This document shows positions 16,339 through 25,064 of a stretch of DNA of 59,713 bases, piece by piece. This stretch comes from Bacteroidaceae bacterium (GTDB lineage Bacteria; Bacillota; Clostridia; Oscillospirales; Oscillospiraceae). A model generated the notes under the pieces. That model did not search any database. It saw only the letters and a program-made list of their open reading frames with translations, and was not told where the DNA came from. The position numbers were made by a program, and so were the translations under genes. The stretch is from the NCBI GenBank assembly GCA_963610045.1, contig CAVDMS010000001.1, forward strand, positions 1-59,713. The letters run 5' to 3'. How positions within the stretch are numbered: position 1 is the stretch's first letter; every line of letters begins with the position of its first letter.

Positions 16339-17586
16339 TTAAATTTTCTGCTTTTGCGGTATCGTCGCCGTAAACTCGACCTTACCGTCGTGACATTTAA
16401 GCTCAAGCTTTCCCTTGTGCGAGCTTACGATAGCCTTTGCGATGGCAAGCCCCAGACCGTAGTGCTTTTCCTCTGAGCTGCGGGCTTCGTCGGCACGGTA
16501 AAAGCGCTCAAACAGCCGCTCCGCCGTCTCCTTCGGGATGGGGTCGCCGTCGTTTACGACCGAAAGCACGGCGGTGTTTTTGACCTGCGTGAGACGCACC
16601 AGCACCTCGCCGCCGCCCTTGCCGTGGCGTATCGCATTGTCAACGAGGATGGACACGAGCTGCGCAAGCCTGTCGGCGTCGCCGACGACCGTGACATTGT
16701 CTTTGATCTCGGTGTTCAGGCGCTGCCCGTGTTCAAAGGCGACGCTTTCAAAGGCAAGCGTCCCTCCGGCAACGAGACGGCTGAGGTCCAGCTCCTCCGT
16801 CTGCGGCTTGACGTTCTCCGTGCGGGCAAGCTCAAGAAGCTGACCTACGAGACTGCCCATGCGCTCGTTTTCGTAGCGGATGTTGTCGAGCCACTGGTTT
16901 TCACCGATCTCCCTTGACAGAAGCTCGGCGTTTGCGCTCACCACCGAAACGGGCGTTTTCAGCTCATGTCCCGCATCCGAGATAAACTGCTTCTGCTTTT
17001 CGTAGCTCTCCTCAAGGGGAGAGACTATGCGCTTTGCAAGATACACCGCAACGAAGAACAGCAGCACGATCGCAGCGCCGCCGAAGATGAGCGTGTAGCG
17101 GAACAGCGTACCCATGCTGCCCCGAATAATGGTGTTGTCCATGAAAGCGACGAGCGTGTAGCCGCCCTTGTCGGTCTTGTAATATATCAGCCCGTTTATC
17201 ACTCCGTCGGGGGAGCTTTCGTCCAAAACGCTCTGCGCAAGGCTTTGCAGCTCCTCGTCGGAAAGGACCTCGTTTTGGGCGTTTTCGGTTTTCAGCACCT
17301 CGCCGTCGTAGGAAACGGCGACGGAGTAGAAGGTCGAGAGCTTAAAGCGGTCCGTGTCGGCGTGGGGACCCTTGTCCTGCATGGGACCGTTCGGAACGGG
17401 TGCGCCGCCGTCGGGTCTGTCCAATGCGTACAGCGCCGAATATTCCTTGAGCATCTCAAGGTTCGTGGCGTTGACCTCAAAATAGCTGGAGAGATATATG
17501 AGCGCCAGCGTCCCCAGCCACAGCAGCGTCAAAACGCCCATGATGGCGGCAACTATCTTTATCCTCGATTTCTTAAACATCATCAT
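16339..17586 (-). CDS. sensor histidine kinase
   Basis: Two TM segments, H-box FISDAGHELKTP and an HATPase region (DNAIRH...GLGLAIAK). Confidence 0.9.
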   Translation of the reverse strand: MMMFKKSRIKIVAAIMGVLTLLWLGTLALIYLSSYFEVNATNLEMLKEYSALYALDRPDGGAPVPNGPMQDKGPHADTDRFKLSTFYSVAVSYDGEVLKTENAQNEVLSDEELQSLAQSVLDESSPDGVINGLIYYKTDKGGYTLVAFMDNTIIRGSMGTLFRYTLIFGGAAIVLLFFVAVYLAKRIVSPLEESYEKQKQFISDAGHELKTPVSVVSANAELLSREIGENQWLDNIRYENERMGSLVGQLLELARTENVKPQTEELDLSRLVAGGTLAFESVAFEHGQRLNTEIKDNVTVVGDADRLAQLVSILVDNAIRHGKGGGEVLVRLTQVKNTAVLSVVNDGDPIPKETAERLFERFYRADEARSSEEKHYGLGLAIAKAIVSSHKGKLELKCHDGKVEFTATIPQKQKI

Positions 17587-18256
17587 ACCTCAGCTCATAA
17601 CCGATGCCTCTGACGGCCTTGATCTTTGTCCTTGCGCCTACGAACGCAAGCTTTTTGCGGGTGAAGCTCATGTACACCTCGACGTTGTTGTACTCCGACT
17701 CGCTGTCGTAGCCCCAAATCTTGAGCGCAAGCTGCTCACGGGTCAGCACCTGATTGCCGTTTGCAATGAGATATTCGAGGATGCGGTACTCCTTTTCGCC
17801 GAGCCTCACGCTTTGCGCATTGGAGGTGCAGCGCAGGGTGAGCGACGCCGTGTCGAGGGCTATGTCCCCGTAGCTGAGAGTGCCGTCCGGGGTGTCGATG
17901 CTGCGCCGTGTGAGCGCACGCAGACGTGCAAGCAGCTCCTTTGTCATAAAGGGCTTCGTGAGATAGTCGTCGGCGCCGCTGTCGAGACCGTACACCTTGT
18001 CGTCAAGCTCGGACTTTGCCGTGAGCATAAGGATCGGTGTGCGGACACCGCTTTTCCGTGTGCGCCTTGCGATCTCGTAGCCGTTCATGCCGGGGAGCAT
18101 GACGTCCAAAATGATGATGTCGTAGATGCCGCTCTCGGCGGCAGCCAGACCGTCGGGGCCGTTGTCAAAGTGATCGACCTCGTATTTTTCGAGACGCAGT
18201 ATCTCGCAGAGAGCCTGCGCCATTCTTTTTTCGTCTTCAACAAGCAGCAAACGCAT
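17573..18256 (-). CDS. OmpR/PhoB-type response regulator
   Basis: MRLLLVEDE...ILDVMLPGMNG receiver plus a winged-helix C-terminus (VRGIGYEL). Overlaps the kinase gene by 14 nt. Confidence 0.9.
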   Translation of the reverse strand: MRLLLVEDEKRMAQALCEILRLEKYEVDHFDNGPDGLAAAESGIYDIIILDVMLPGMNGYEIARRTRKSGVRTPILMLTAKSELDDKVYGLDSGADDYLTKPFMTKELLARLRALTRRSIDTPDGTLSYGDIALDTASLTLRCTSNAQSVRLGEKEYRILEYLIANGNQVLTREQLALKIWGYDSESEYNNVEVYMSFTRKKLAFVGARTKIKAVRGIGYELRYDDV

Positions 18257-18490
18257 AATAACACCTCTATGCTCTGCATTATATCACGAAAGCTTGAAGA
18301 ATGATTGAAAAATGTGATTTTTGAGAAAAGCCGTTGAAGCGATTGCAAGATCACTTTGCAGGTAATAAAAAACCGACTTAAAGCCCAACAAAGTGAATTT
18401 AAGTCGGAGAAGAGAAGGAAAAAGTAAGCGAAAAATGCTTGCCGCTATACATAAAAAGTCGTCGCAAGCGATACAAAGCTTGCGACGACG

Positions 18491-18576
18491 TGGTGCCGGT
18501 GGCCGGACTCGAACCGGCACGATGTTGCCATCAGAGGATTTTAAGTCCGCCGTGTCTACCATTCCACCACACCGGC
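18491..18576 (-). tRNA. tRNA-Leu (anticodon TAA), class II with long variable arm
   Basis: Acceptor GCCGGTG/CACCGGC, anticodon loop CTTAAAA, T-arm GCCGG-TTCGAGT-CCGGC, encoded CCA. Confidence 0.85.
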
Positions 18577-18590
18577 ATTTTTACCGCTTT

Positions 18591-18619
18591 ATTTTACCAT
18601 TTGCCGCATCGCATGTCAA
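18591..18619 (-). promoter_or_regulatory. promoter for tRNA-Leu (TTGACA-17-TAAAAT)
   Basis: -35 at 18619-18614 and -10 at 18596-18591 with a 17-nt spacer. Confidence 0.6.
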
Positions 18620-18629
18620 CAATTATAAT
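18601..18629 (+). promoter_or_regulatory. promoter for recJ (TTGCCG-17-TATAAT), interleaved with the tRNA-Leu promoter
   Basis: -35 at 18601-18606 and -10 at 18624-18629 with a 17-nt spacer. Confidence 0.5.
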
Positions 18630-18695
18630 GCTTGCGTTATCTGCCGTAATTTGATATTATATTCTATTATAATATATTATGAAGTAGTGTTGGGA

Positions 18696-20729
18696 ATGAA
18701 TTACAGTAAATGGAGTGCAGCACGCTGCTGCGGCGACGCACCCGAAGCGCTGCTGGCGGCGGGCTATCCTCCGCTGCTTGCGTCCATGCTTGCGGTGCGA
18801 GGGATAGAAACGGAAGAAAGGGCAAGGGAATTTCTTGACGGAGGTTCGGACTGCCTTAGGGATCCCATGCTCTTTAAGGGCATGGACAAGGCGGTCTCAC
18901 GCATAAAGTCGGCGCTCGGCGCAGGCGAGACCTTCGCCGTGTACGGAGACTACGACGTGGACGGCATCACCGCCACCTGCCTGCTCACCGACTGGCTGCG
19001 CTCAAAGGGCGCAGAATGCCTGACCTACATTCCCGACCGCATCGCCGAGGGCTACGGCTTAAACTGCGCTGCGATCGACAAGCTCAAAGCGCAGGGCGTG
19101 AGCCTCATCATAAGCGTCGACTGCGGCATCACCGCAGCGGCGGAGGCGAAGCACGCAAAAGAGATCGGCGTCGATCTCATCATCACCGACCACCACGAGT
19201 GCAGGGAGGAGACGCTTCCCTCCGCAGTTGCGGTCATCGACGCAAAGCAGCCGGACTGCCCTTACCCCAACAAGGAGTTGGCGGGCGTCGGCGTCGCTTT
19301 GAAGCTCGTCTGCGCCGTCGAGGGCGAAAGCGCTCCGGTCATCGAGCGCTATGCGGAGCTTGCCGCCGTCGGAACGGTGGCGGACGTCGTGCCGCTCGTC
19401 GGCGAAAACCGCTACATCGTCCGCTGCGGCATCGACGCAATGGAGCGCCGCCCCAGACCCGGCATCGCCGCCTTGCTGCGGGAGTCGGGAGCGGGGGACA
19501 AGCGCATCACCGCAACGACCATCGGTTTCTCGCTTGCGCCGAGGCTGAACGCCGCCGGAAGGCTCGGCTGTGTTCCCGTGGCGCTGAAGCTTTTAATGAC
19601 AAAGGACCCGGCGGAGGCAAGCTCGCTCGCCTCTGCGCTGTGCGACCTAAACCGCCGCCGCCAGATGCTCGAAACGAGCATTTGGGAGGACGCAAAGGGC
19701 ATGATGAGCCGCAAAAGCCCCGGTCTGCCCATCGTGCTGTCGAGCGAAAAATGGCACCAGGGTGTCATCGGCATCGCCGCCTCGAAGCTTGCGGAGCAAT
19801 ACTCCGTGCCGACCGTTATGATATGCCTTGACGGTGAAAAGGGCAAAGGCTCATGCCGCTCCTGCGGCGGCTTCAACCTGTTTGACGCACTGTCCGCCTG
19901 CTCGGAGTACCTTGAGGGCTTCGGCGGTCATGCGCTTGCGGCGGGACTCAATATCCGCCGTGAACGGCTGGACGATTTTTGCCGTGCCTTTGAGGAATAC
20001 TACGAGAAAAACAAGCCGCTTGAGCTGCCGGAGCTTTGCTGCGACCTTGAGATCACGGAGCCGGAGTCGCTCGACATGGAGGGCGTTGAGGCGCTTTCCC
20101 GACTTGAACCCTTCGGCAACGGCAACGCAAAGCCGCTCATGTGCATCCTCGGCTGCCGGCTTGACCGCATCAACGAGATCGGCGGCGGGCGTCACCTTCG
20201 GCTCGGCGTGAGCTACCGGGGGAAGAGCTTTGAATGCGTGTTCTTTTCGCACAGCGAAAGGGACTTAAACGTCGGCGTCGGCGACTGCATCGACATAGCC
20301 TTTACGCCGCAGATAAACGAGTTCCGCCAAAACCGAACGGTGCAGCTTCAGATCACCGCCGTGCGGCGGCACGATCCGAGGGAGCTGTGCAGGAGCCTGC
20401 TTTCGGGCGGGGACGCTTTCGTCCTGCGCCGTGCGGCGGTGTACTGCCCCGACAGGTCGGACTTCGTAAAGGCGTGGAGGCGGCTGCAGTCACTCGGCGG
20501 TACGGTAGCGGAGGACTTTGAGAACGTGCTGCGCCAGTGTCCCGTCGGACTGCGACCGGAGAGCTTTTGCATCTGCCTGTGCGTACTGCTTGAGCTTGGG
20601 CTTATGCGCAGGGGCAGCTCCGGCGGCATTTTGGGCGCCGACATAATACGGGACTCCGCAAAGGTGAATCTTGAGGATTCAAGGATAATCAAACGGCTCA
20701 GGAGAGAAAATGGAAGACGACAGAAGTAA
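18696..20729 (+). CDS. recJ: single-stranded-DNA-specific exonuclease RecJ
   Basis: DHH motifs (YGDYDVDGITA, ITDHHE) and a GGH motif. Start set to the ATG at 18696 because the longer ORF runs across tRNA-Leu. Confidence 0.9.
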   Translation: MNYSKWSAARCCGDAPEALLAAGYPPLLASMLAVRGIETEERAREFLDGGSDCLRDPMLFKGMDKAVSRIKSALGAGETFAVYGDYDVDGITATCLLTDWLRSKGAECLTYIPDRIAEGYGLNCAAIDKLKAQGVSLIISVDCGITAAAEAKHAKEIGVDLIITDHHECREETLPSAVAVIDAKQPDCPYPNKELAGVGVALKLVCAVEGESAPVIERYAELAAVGTVADVVPLVGENRYIVRCGIDAMERRPRPGIAALLRESGAGDKRITATTIGFSLAPRLNAAGRLGCVPVALKLLMTKDPAEASSLASALCDLNRRRQMLETSIWEDAKGMMSRKSPGLPIVLSSEKWHQGVIGIAASKLAEQYSVPTVMICLDGEKGKGSCRSCGGFNLFDALSACSEYLEGFGGHALAAGLNIRRERLDDFCRAFEEYYEKNKPLELPELCCDLEITEPESLDMEGVEALSRLEPFGNGNAKPLMCILGCRLDRINEIGGGRHLRLGVSYRGKSFECVFFSHSERDLNVGVGDCIDIAFTPQINEFRQNRTVQLQITAVRRHDPRELCRSLLSGGDAFVLRRAAVYCPDRSDFVKAWRRLQSLGGTVAEDFENVLRQCPVGLRPESFCICLCVLLELGLMRRGSSGGILGADIIRDSAKVNLEDSRIIKRLRRENGRRQK

Positions 20730-22986
20730 TGCGGCGCAGGAGCGGGGAAAGCTTGACCCCGACGAAATGTTTGCCGAGCTTGAAAATAAAATACAGGTCA
20801 ACTGTCCCGAAATGGAGCTGGGCAGGATAAAAGCCGCATACGAGATGGCAAAGATCGCTCACGCCGGGCAGAAGCGCAAGGAGGGTTCGCCCTATGTGAC
20901 CCACTGCGTCGCCGCTGCGGACATCGCCGTCGATATGGGGCTTGACGAGGACTCCGTCATCGCCGCCCTGCTGCACGACCTCATCGAGGATACGCCGCTC
21001 ACGCACGCCGACATCGCAAAGCAGTTCGGCGAGAGCGTCGCCAACATCGTCGAGGGCGTCACGAAGCTGACCCGTGTGCAGTACACCAGCAAGGAAGACG
21101 AGCAGATGGAGAACCTGAGAAAGATGCTCATGGCAATGAGCAAGGACATCAGGGTCATCCTTATAAAGATCGCCGACAGGCTGCACAATATGCGCACCAT
21201 GGAGTATCAGACCGCCGAGAAGCAGCGCATAAAATCGCTCGAAACGATGGAGATATACGCCCCCATCGCCCACCGCCTCGGTATGCAGAAGGCGAAGTGG
21301 GAGCTTGAGGACCTGGCGCTCAAGTACCTTGACCCCACGGGCTACAAGGAGATAACGGACGTGCTCAACGAGCGCATGGAAACGCTCAGGAGCTTCATGT
21401 CGTCCATGGAGGAGAAGATCAAAAAGCGTCTCACGGACGAGGGGCTTGAGGTCACGATATACAGCCGCATAAAGCACATCTACAGCATCTACCGCAAAAT
21501 GTATGCGCAGAAGCTCGACATAAACGGCATATTCGACCTCTGCGCCTTCCGAGTTATAGTGGACACGATACCCGACTGCTACAACGTCCTCGGCATCATC
21601 CACGATATGTTCAAGCCCGTGCCGGGCAGATTCAAGGACTATATCTCGACGCCGAAGCCGAATATGTACCAGAGCGTGCATACCACGGTCATAGGCAGCG
21701 AGGGCATACCCTTTGAGGTGCAGATACGCACTTGGGATATGCACCGCACCGCCGAGTACGGCATCGCCGCCCACTGGAAGTACAAGATGGGCGACACCGG
21801 CGTTAAGACCGGCGACGAGGAGAAGTTTGCGTGGGTGCGCAGGCTGCTTGAAAGTCAGCAGGAGTCCGACGCAACGGACTTTTTCCACAACCTGAAAATC
21901 GATATGTTCGCCGACGAGGTGTTCGTTTTCTCACCGAAGGGCGACGTTATAAATCTTCCCGCAGGGGCGACGCCTATAGACTTTGCCTACAGCATACACT
22001 CAGCCGTCGGCAACAGCATGGTGGGTGCGTCGGTAAACGGCAGGATAGTCACCTTTGACCACGTCCTCCAAAACGGCGATATCGTGGAGGTGCGCACGGC
22101 GAAGAATGCGCCGGGTCCGAGCCGCGACTGGCTGAACATCGCAAAAAGCGGCTCTGCGAGAACGAAGATAAAGCAGTGGTTCAAAAAGGAGCGCCGTGAG
22201 GAGAACATCGTCCGAGGCAAGGAGATGTTCGAGGCGGAGCTTAAAAACAGGGGACTGCGCCCGGAGGAGATAAGCGACGAGGAGGTCCTGCCTCTGCTGC
22301 TTAAAAAGGTCTCCTGCGCAAGCCTTGAGGAGCTGTACGCCTCCATCGGCTACGGCGGAATGACCGCCACGAGAAGCGTCAACCGCATGAAGGACGAGCT
22401 TCTGCGTCTGCACCACGCAAACGAGAAGAAGACCGTCCTCGACAAGGTGACCGAGGCGGCGGAGCGCCGTGAAACTCAGGCGAAGAAGAAGGTAAAGCCC
22501 GTCCACGGCGTGCTTGTCGAGGGGCTTGACAACTGCCTTATAAAGTTTTCACGCTGCTGCACCCCCATCCCCGGCGACGAGATCGCAGGCTTCATCACGA
22601 GGGGGCAGGGCGTGTCGATACACCGCTGCGACTGTGAAAATTACCTCCGCCGGAGCGCCCACCCGGAGGACGAGGGTCGCTGGATAAAGGTCGAGTGGGC
22701 GGACGATATAAACGAGACCTACACCACGACGATCAAGGTCGTGTCGCATGAGCGCAGCGGTCTTATCATGGACATTGCGACGGCGCTCAACGCCCTGAAC
22801 GCAAAGGTGCGGAGCATGAACGCAAGAGACATCGAGGGCAGCAAATCCGTTGTGAGCATAACGCTTGAGGTAAAGAATCTGGACGCTCTGCGGACGGTCA
22901 TCAACAGGCTTTCCTCGATACGGGGCGTCAGCGAGGTCAGCAGAAACGGAAGGAGAAAAAATGAGAGCGGTACTGACGAGGGTTGA
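20710..22986 (+). CDS. relA: bifunctional (p)ppGpp synthetase/hydrolase (RelA/SpoT homologue)
   Basis: HD domain (HCVAAA...LHDLIEDT), synthetase domain, TGS and ACT regions. 758 aa. Confidence 0.95.
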   Translation: MEDDRSNAAQERGKLDPDEMFAELENKIQVNCPEMELGRIKAAYEMAKIAHAGQKRKEGSPYVTHCVAAADIAVDMGLDEDSVIAALLHDLIEDTPLTHADIAKQFGESVANIVEGVTKLTRVQYTSKEDEQMENLRKMLMAMSKDIRVILIKIADRLHNMRTMEYQTAEKQRIKSLETMEIYAPIAHRLGMQKAKWELEDLALKYLDPTGYKEITDVLNERMETLRSFMSSMEEKIKKRLTDEGLEVTIYSRIKHIYSIYRKMYAQKLDINGIFDLCAFRVIVDTIPDCYNVLGIIHDMFKPVPGRFKDYISTPKPNMYQSVHTTVIGSEGIPFEVQIRTWDMHRTAEYGIAAHWKYKMGDTGVKTGDEEKFAWVRRLLESQQESDATDFFHNLKIDMFADEVFVFSPKGDVINLPAGATPIDFAYSIHSAVGNSMVGASVNGRIVTFDHVLQNGDIVEVRTAKNAPGPSRDWLNIAKSGSARTKIKQWFKKERREENIVRGKEMFEAELKNRGLRPEEISDEEVLPLLLKKVSCASLEELYASIGYGGMTATRSVNRMKDELLRLHHANEKKTVLDKVTEAAERRETQAKKKVKPVHGVLVEGLDNCLIKFSRCCTPIPGDEIAGFITRGQGVSIHRCDCENYLRRSAHPEDEGRWIKVEWADDINETYTTTIKVVSHERSGLIMDIATALNALNAKVRSMNARDIEGSKSVVSITLEVKNLDALRTVINRLSSIRGVSEVSRNGRRKNESGTDEG

Positions 22987-23404
22987 CAGCGCCTCCGTCG
23001 CCATCGGCGGCGAGGTGAAGGCGAGCATAGGCAAGGGGTTTCTCGTGCTGCTCGGCGTCCATGAGGACGACACCGCAGAGCAGGCGGACAAGATCGCCGA
23101 CAAGATCTGCGGTCTGAGGATATTTGAGGACGAGGCAGGCAAAATGAACCTGAATCCCGAAACGGTGGGAGCGGAAATGCTCATCATCAGCCAGTTTACG
23201 CTGTTTGCCGACTGCCGCTCACGGCGGCCGGGCTTTTCCCATGCGGCGAGACCCGAAAAGGCGATACCGCTTTACGAAAGAGTGATCGAAAACTGCCGCA
23301 AGCGGGGCTTTTCGGTCGGCACCGGAGAGTTCGGCGCCGAGATGAAAGTCAGCTCCGTAAACGACGGTCCCGTTACGATAATTCTTGATACGAAGGAGCT
23401 TTGA
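22961..23404 (+). CDS. dtd: D-aminoacyl-tRNA deacylase
   Basis: MRAVLTRV...GKGFLVLLGV...SQFTL. 147 aa. Classic relA-dtd linkage. Confidence 0.9.
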   Translation: MRAVLTRVDSASVAIGGEVKASIGKGFLVLLGVHEDDTAEQADKIADKICGLRIFEDEAGKMNLNPETVGAEMLIISQFTLFADCRSRRPGFSHAARPEKAIPLYERVIENCRKRGFSVGTGEFGAEMKVSSVNDGPVTIILDTKEL

Positions 23405-23406
23405 AA

Positions 23407-24024
23407 ATGCTTATTAAAACACTTCCCGTGGGACAGCTTGAGGCAAACTGCTACGTCGTTACGGACGAAAAGACCCTTGACTGTGCCGTTATAGACCCCG
23501 GCGACGAGAGCAACACCATACTCGATTACCTTGAGGACAACAAGCTCTCCTGCAAGGCGATACTGCTCACGCACGGACACTTTGACCATGTGGGTGCGGT
23601 GCAGGCGGTCGCCGAGGAGACGGGTGCCGTGACATATATACACCCTGCCGACGAGGGCTACCGTGTGGGCATGAGCGGCATGATGTTTAAGCTTCCCGAA
23701 AACGGAAAGACCTACTCCGACGGCGACGTTATAAAGGTCGGCTCGCTTGAGTTTGCGGTGATGTCAACGCCGGGACACAGCCCCGGCAGCGTGTGCCTCA
23801 TATGCGAGGACGCACTGTTCACCGGCGACACGATATTCAGAGGCTCCTGCGGCAGGACCGATCTCCCCGGCGGAGACATGGCTGCCGAGATGCGCTCCAT
23901 CAAGCGCATATGCGAGCTGCCGGGGGACTATGAGCTGTACCCCGGACACATGGACGCTTCCACGCTTGAGCGTGAGCGGAGATTCAATCATTACTGCCGT
24001 GAGGCAATGAGCGGCAGATATTGA
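23407..24024 (+). CDS. MBL-fold metallo-hydrolase (glyoxalase II-like)
   Basis: Canonical LLTHGHFDHVGA and PGHSPGS. ATG at 23407 after GAAGGAG. Confidence 0.85.
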   Translation: MLIKTLPVGQLEANCYVVTDEKTLDCAVIDPGDESNTILDYLEDNKLSCKAILLTHGHFDHVGAVQAVAEETGAVTYIHPADEGYRVGMSGMMFKLPENGKTYSDGDVIKVGSLEFAVMSTPGHSPGSVCLICEDALFTGDTIFRGSCGRTDLPGGDMAAEMRSIKRICELPGDYELYPGHMDASTLERERRFNHYCREAMSGRY

Positions 24025-24050
24025 TAATAACAGGAGAGAGTGAGAGTAAA

Positions 24051-25007
24051 ATGGATACGGCAATAGTCGTCCTGCTGTTTATAGCGGGACTGGTTCTTAT
24101 CATCAAGGGCGGAGACTGGTTCGTGGATTCCGCCGTGTGGATCGCAAACATAACGGGCATACCCAAGTTCATCGTCGGTGCGACGATAGTCAGTATGTGT
24201 ACCACTCTGCCGGAGCTTACCGTGTCGCTTTTGGGCGTCGTTGACGGTGAGTACGACATGGCGGTCGGCAACGCCGTCGGCTCTGTTACGGCGAACATCG
24301 GTCTTATCATGGGCATTTCGCTCGTGTGCATACCCTCGGCCGTGAAGCGGGGCAGCTTCTGGCTCAAGGCAACGCTCATGTCCCTTGCGGCGGCGCTTCT
24401 GTGGCTGCTTTGCCGGGGCGGCAGACTTGAATTTCTGCCGAGCATCATCCTGCTTGTGATCCTTGCCGTGTACATTTACGACAATGTCCGTGACGCAAAG
24501 AAGAACATCGGCACCGAGGCGGTCGACACCGCCGACAAGAAGGACGCACCGAAGATGATAGTCCTGTTCGTGGTCGGTGTTGCGGCGATCGTCGGCGGCT
24601 CGCAGCTTCTCATAACCTACGGCAGCAAGCTTGCGGCGCTTCTCGGCGTTCCCGCTGCGATAATCGGAGTTACCATGGTCGCCATCGGTACCTCTCTGCC
24701 GGAGCTTATAACGACCCTGACCGCCATCCGCAAGAAGGAAGCTTCCATGTCCGTCGGCAACATCATCGGCGCAAACGTCATCGACCTTGCGCTCATTCTG
24801 CCGGTATGCTCCCTCGTGTCCGAGGGCAGCCTCACCATCGGCAGGCAGTCGTATGCACTGGATATGCCCGTCTGCTTCGGCATGACGCTGCTTGCGATAC
24901 TCCCGCCCATCATCACTGGCAAGACGCACAGGCTTCAGGGCATCCTGATGCTCGTCGGCTACGCCGCATACGTCGTCGTGCTTGTGACCAAGTTCGGCGT
25001 TGCGTAA
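24051..25007 (+). CDS. calcium/sodium antiporter (YrbG/CaCA family)
   Basis: Two alpha-repeats (GATIVSMCTTLPEL and GVTMVAIGTSLPEL) and about 10 TM segments. Confidence 0.85.
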   Translation: MDTAIVVLLFIAGLVLIIKGGDWFVDSAVWIANITGIPKFIVGATIVSMCTTLPELTVSLLGVVDGEYDMAVGNAVGSVTANIGLIMGISLVCIPSAVKRGSFWLKATLMSLAAALLWLLCRGGRLEFLPSIILLVILAVYIYDNVRDAKKNIGTEAVDTADKKDAPKMIVLFVVGVAAIVGGSQLLITYGSKLAALLGVPAAIIGVTMVAIGTSLPELITTLTAIRKKEASMSVGNIIGANVIDLALILPVCSLVSEGSLTIGRQSYALDMPVCFGMTLLAILPPIITGKTHRLQGILMLVGYAAYVVVLVTKFGVA

Positions 25008-25023
25008 CATTAAAATGAAAATG

Positions 25024-25057
25024 AAAAAACCGAGGTGCAATTGCACCTCGGTTTTTT
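25024..25057. terminator. bidirectional terminator
   Basis: AAAAAA-CCGAGGTGCAATTGCACCTCGG-TTTTTT between convergent genes. Confidence 0.8.
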
Positions 25058-25064
25058 ATATGTG

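Noticed and set aside
18393-18695. N-terminal 101-codon extension of recJ
   Set aside because: The extension reads through tRNA-Leu on the opposite strand and through the promoter region. The RecJ homology begins at the ATG at 18696.
20698-21888. 396-aa minus-strand ORF inside relA, plus similar long antisense ORFs at 23991-25046, 26253-27341, 33095-34120, 44708-45808, 45991-46995 and 58054-59433
   Set aside because: All lie opposite confidently identified genes (relA, antiporter, glnN, htpG, MFS, dehydrogenase, lipase). They have Arg/Gly/Asp/Val-rich junk composition and lack ribosome-binding sites.
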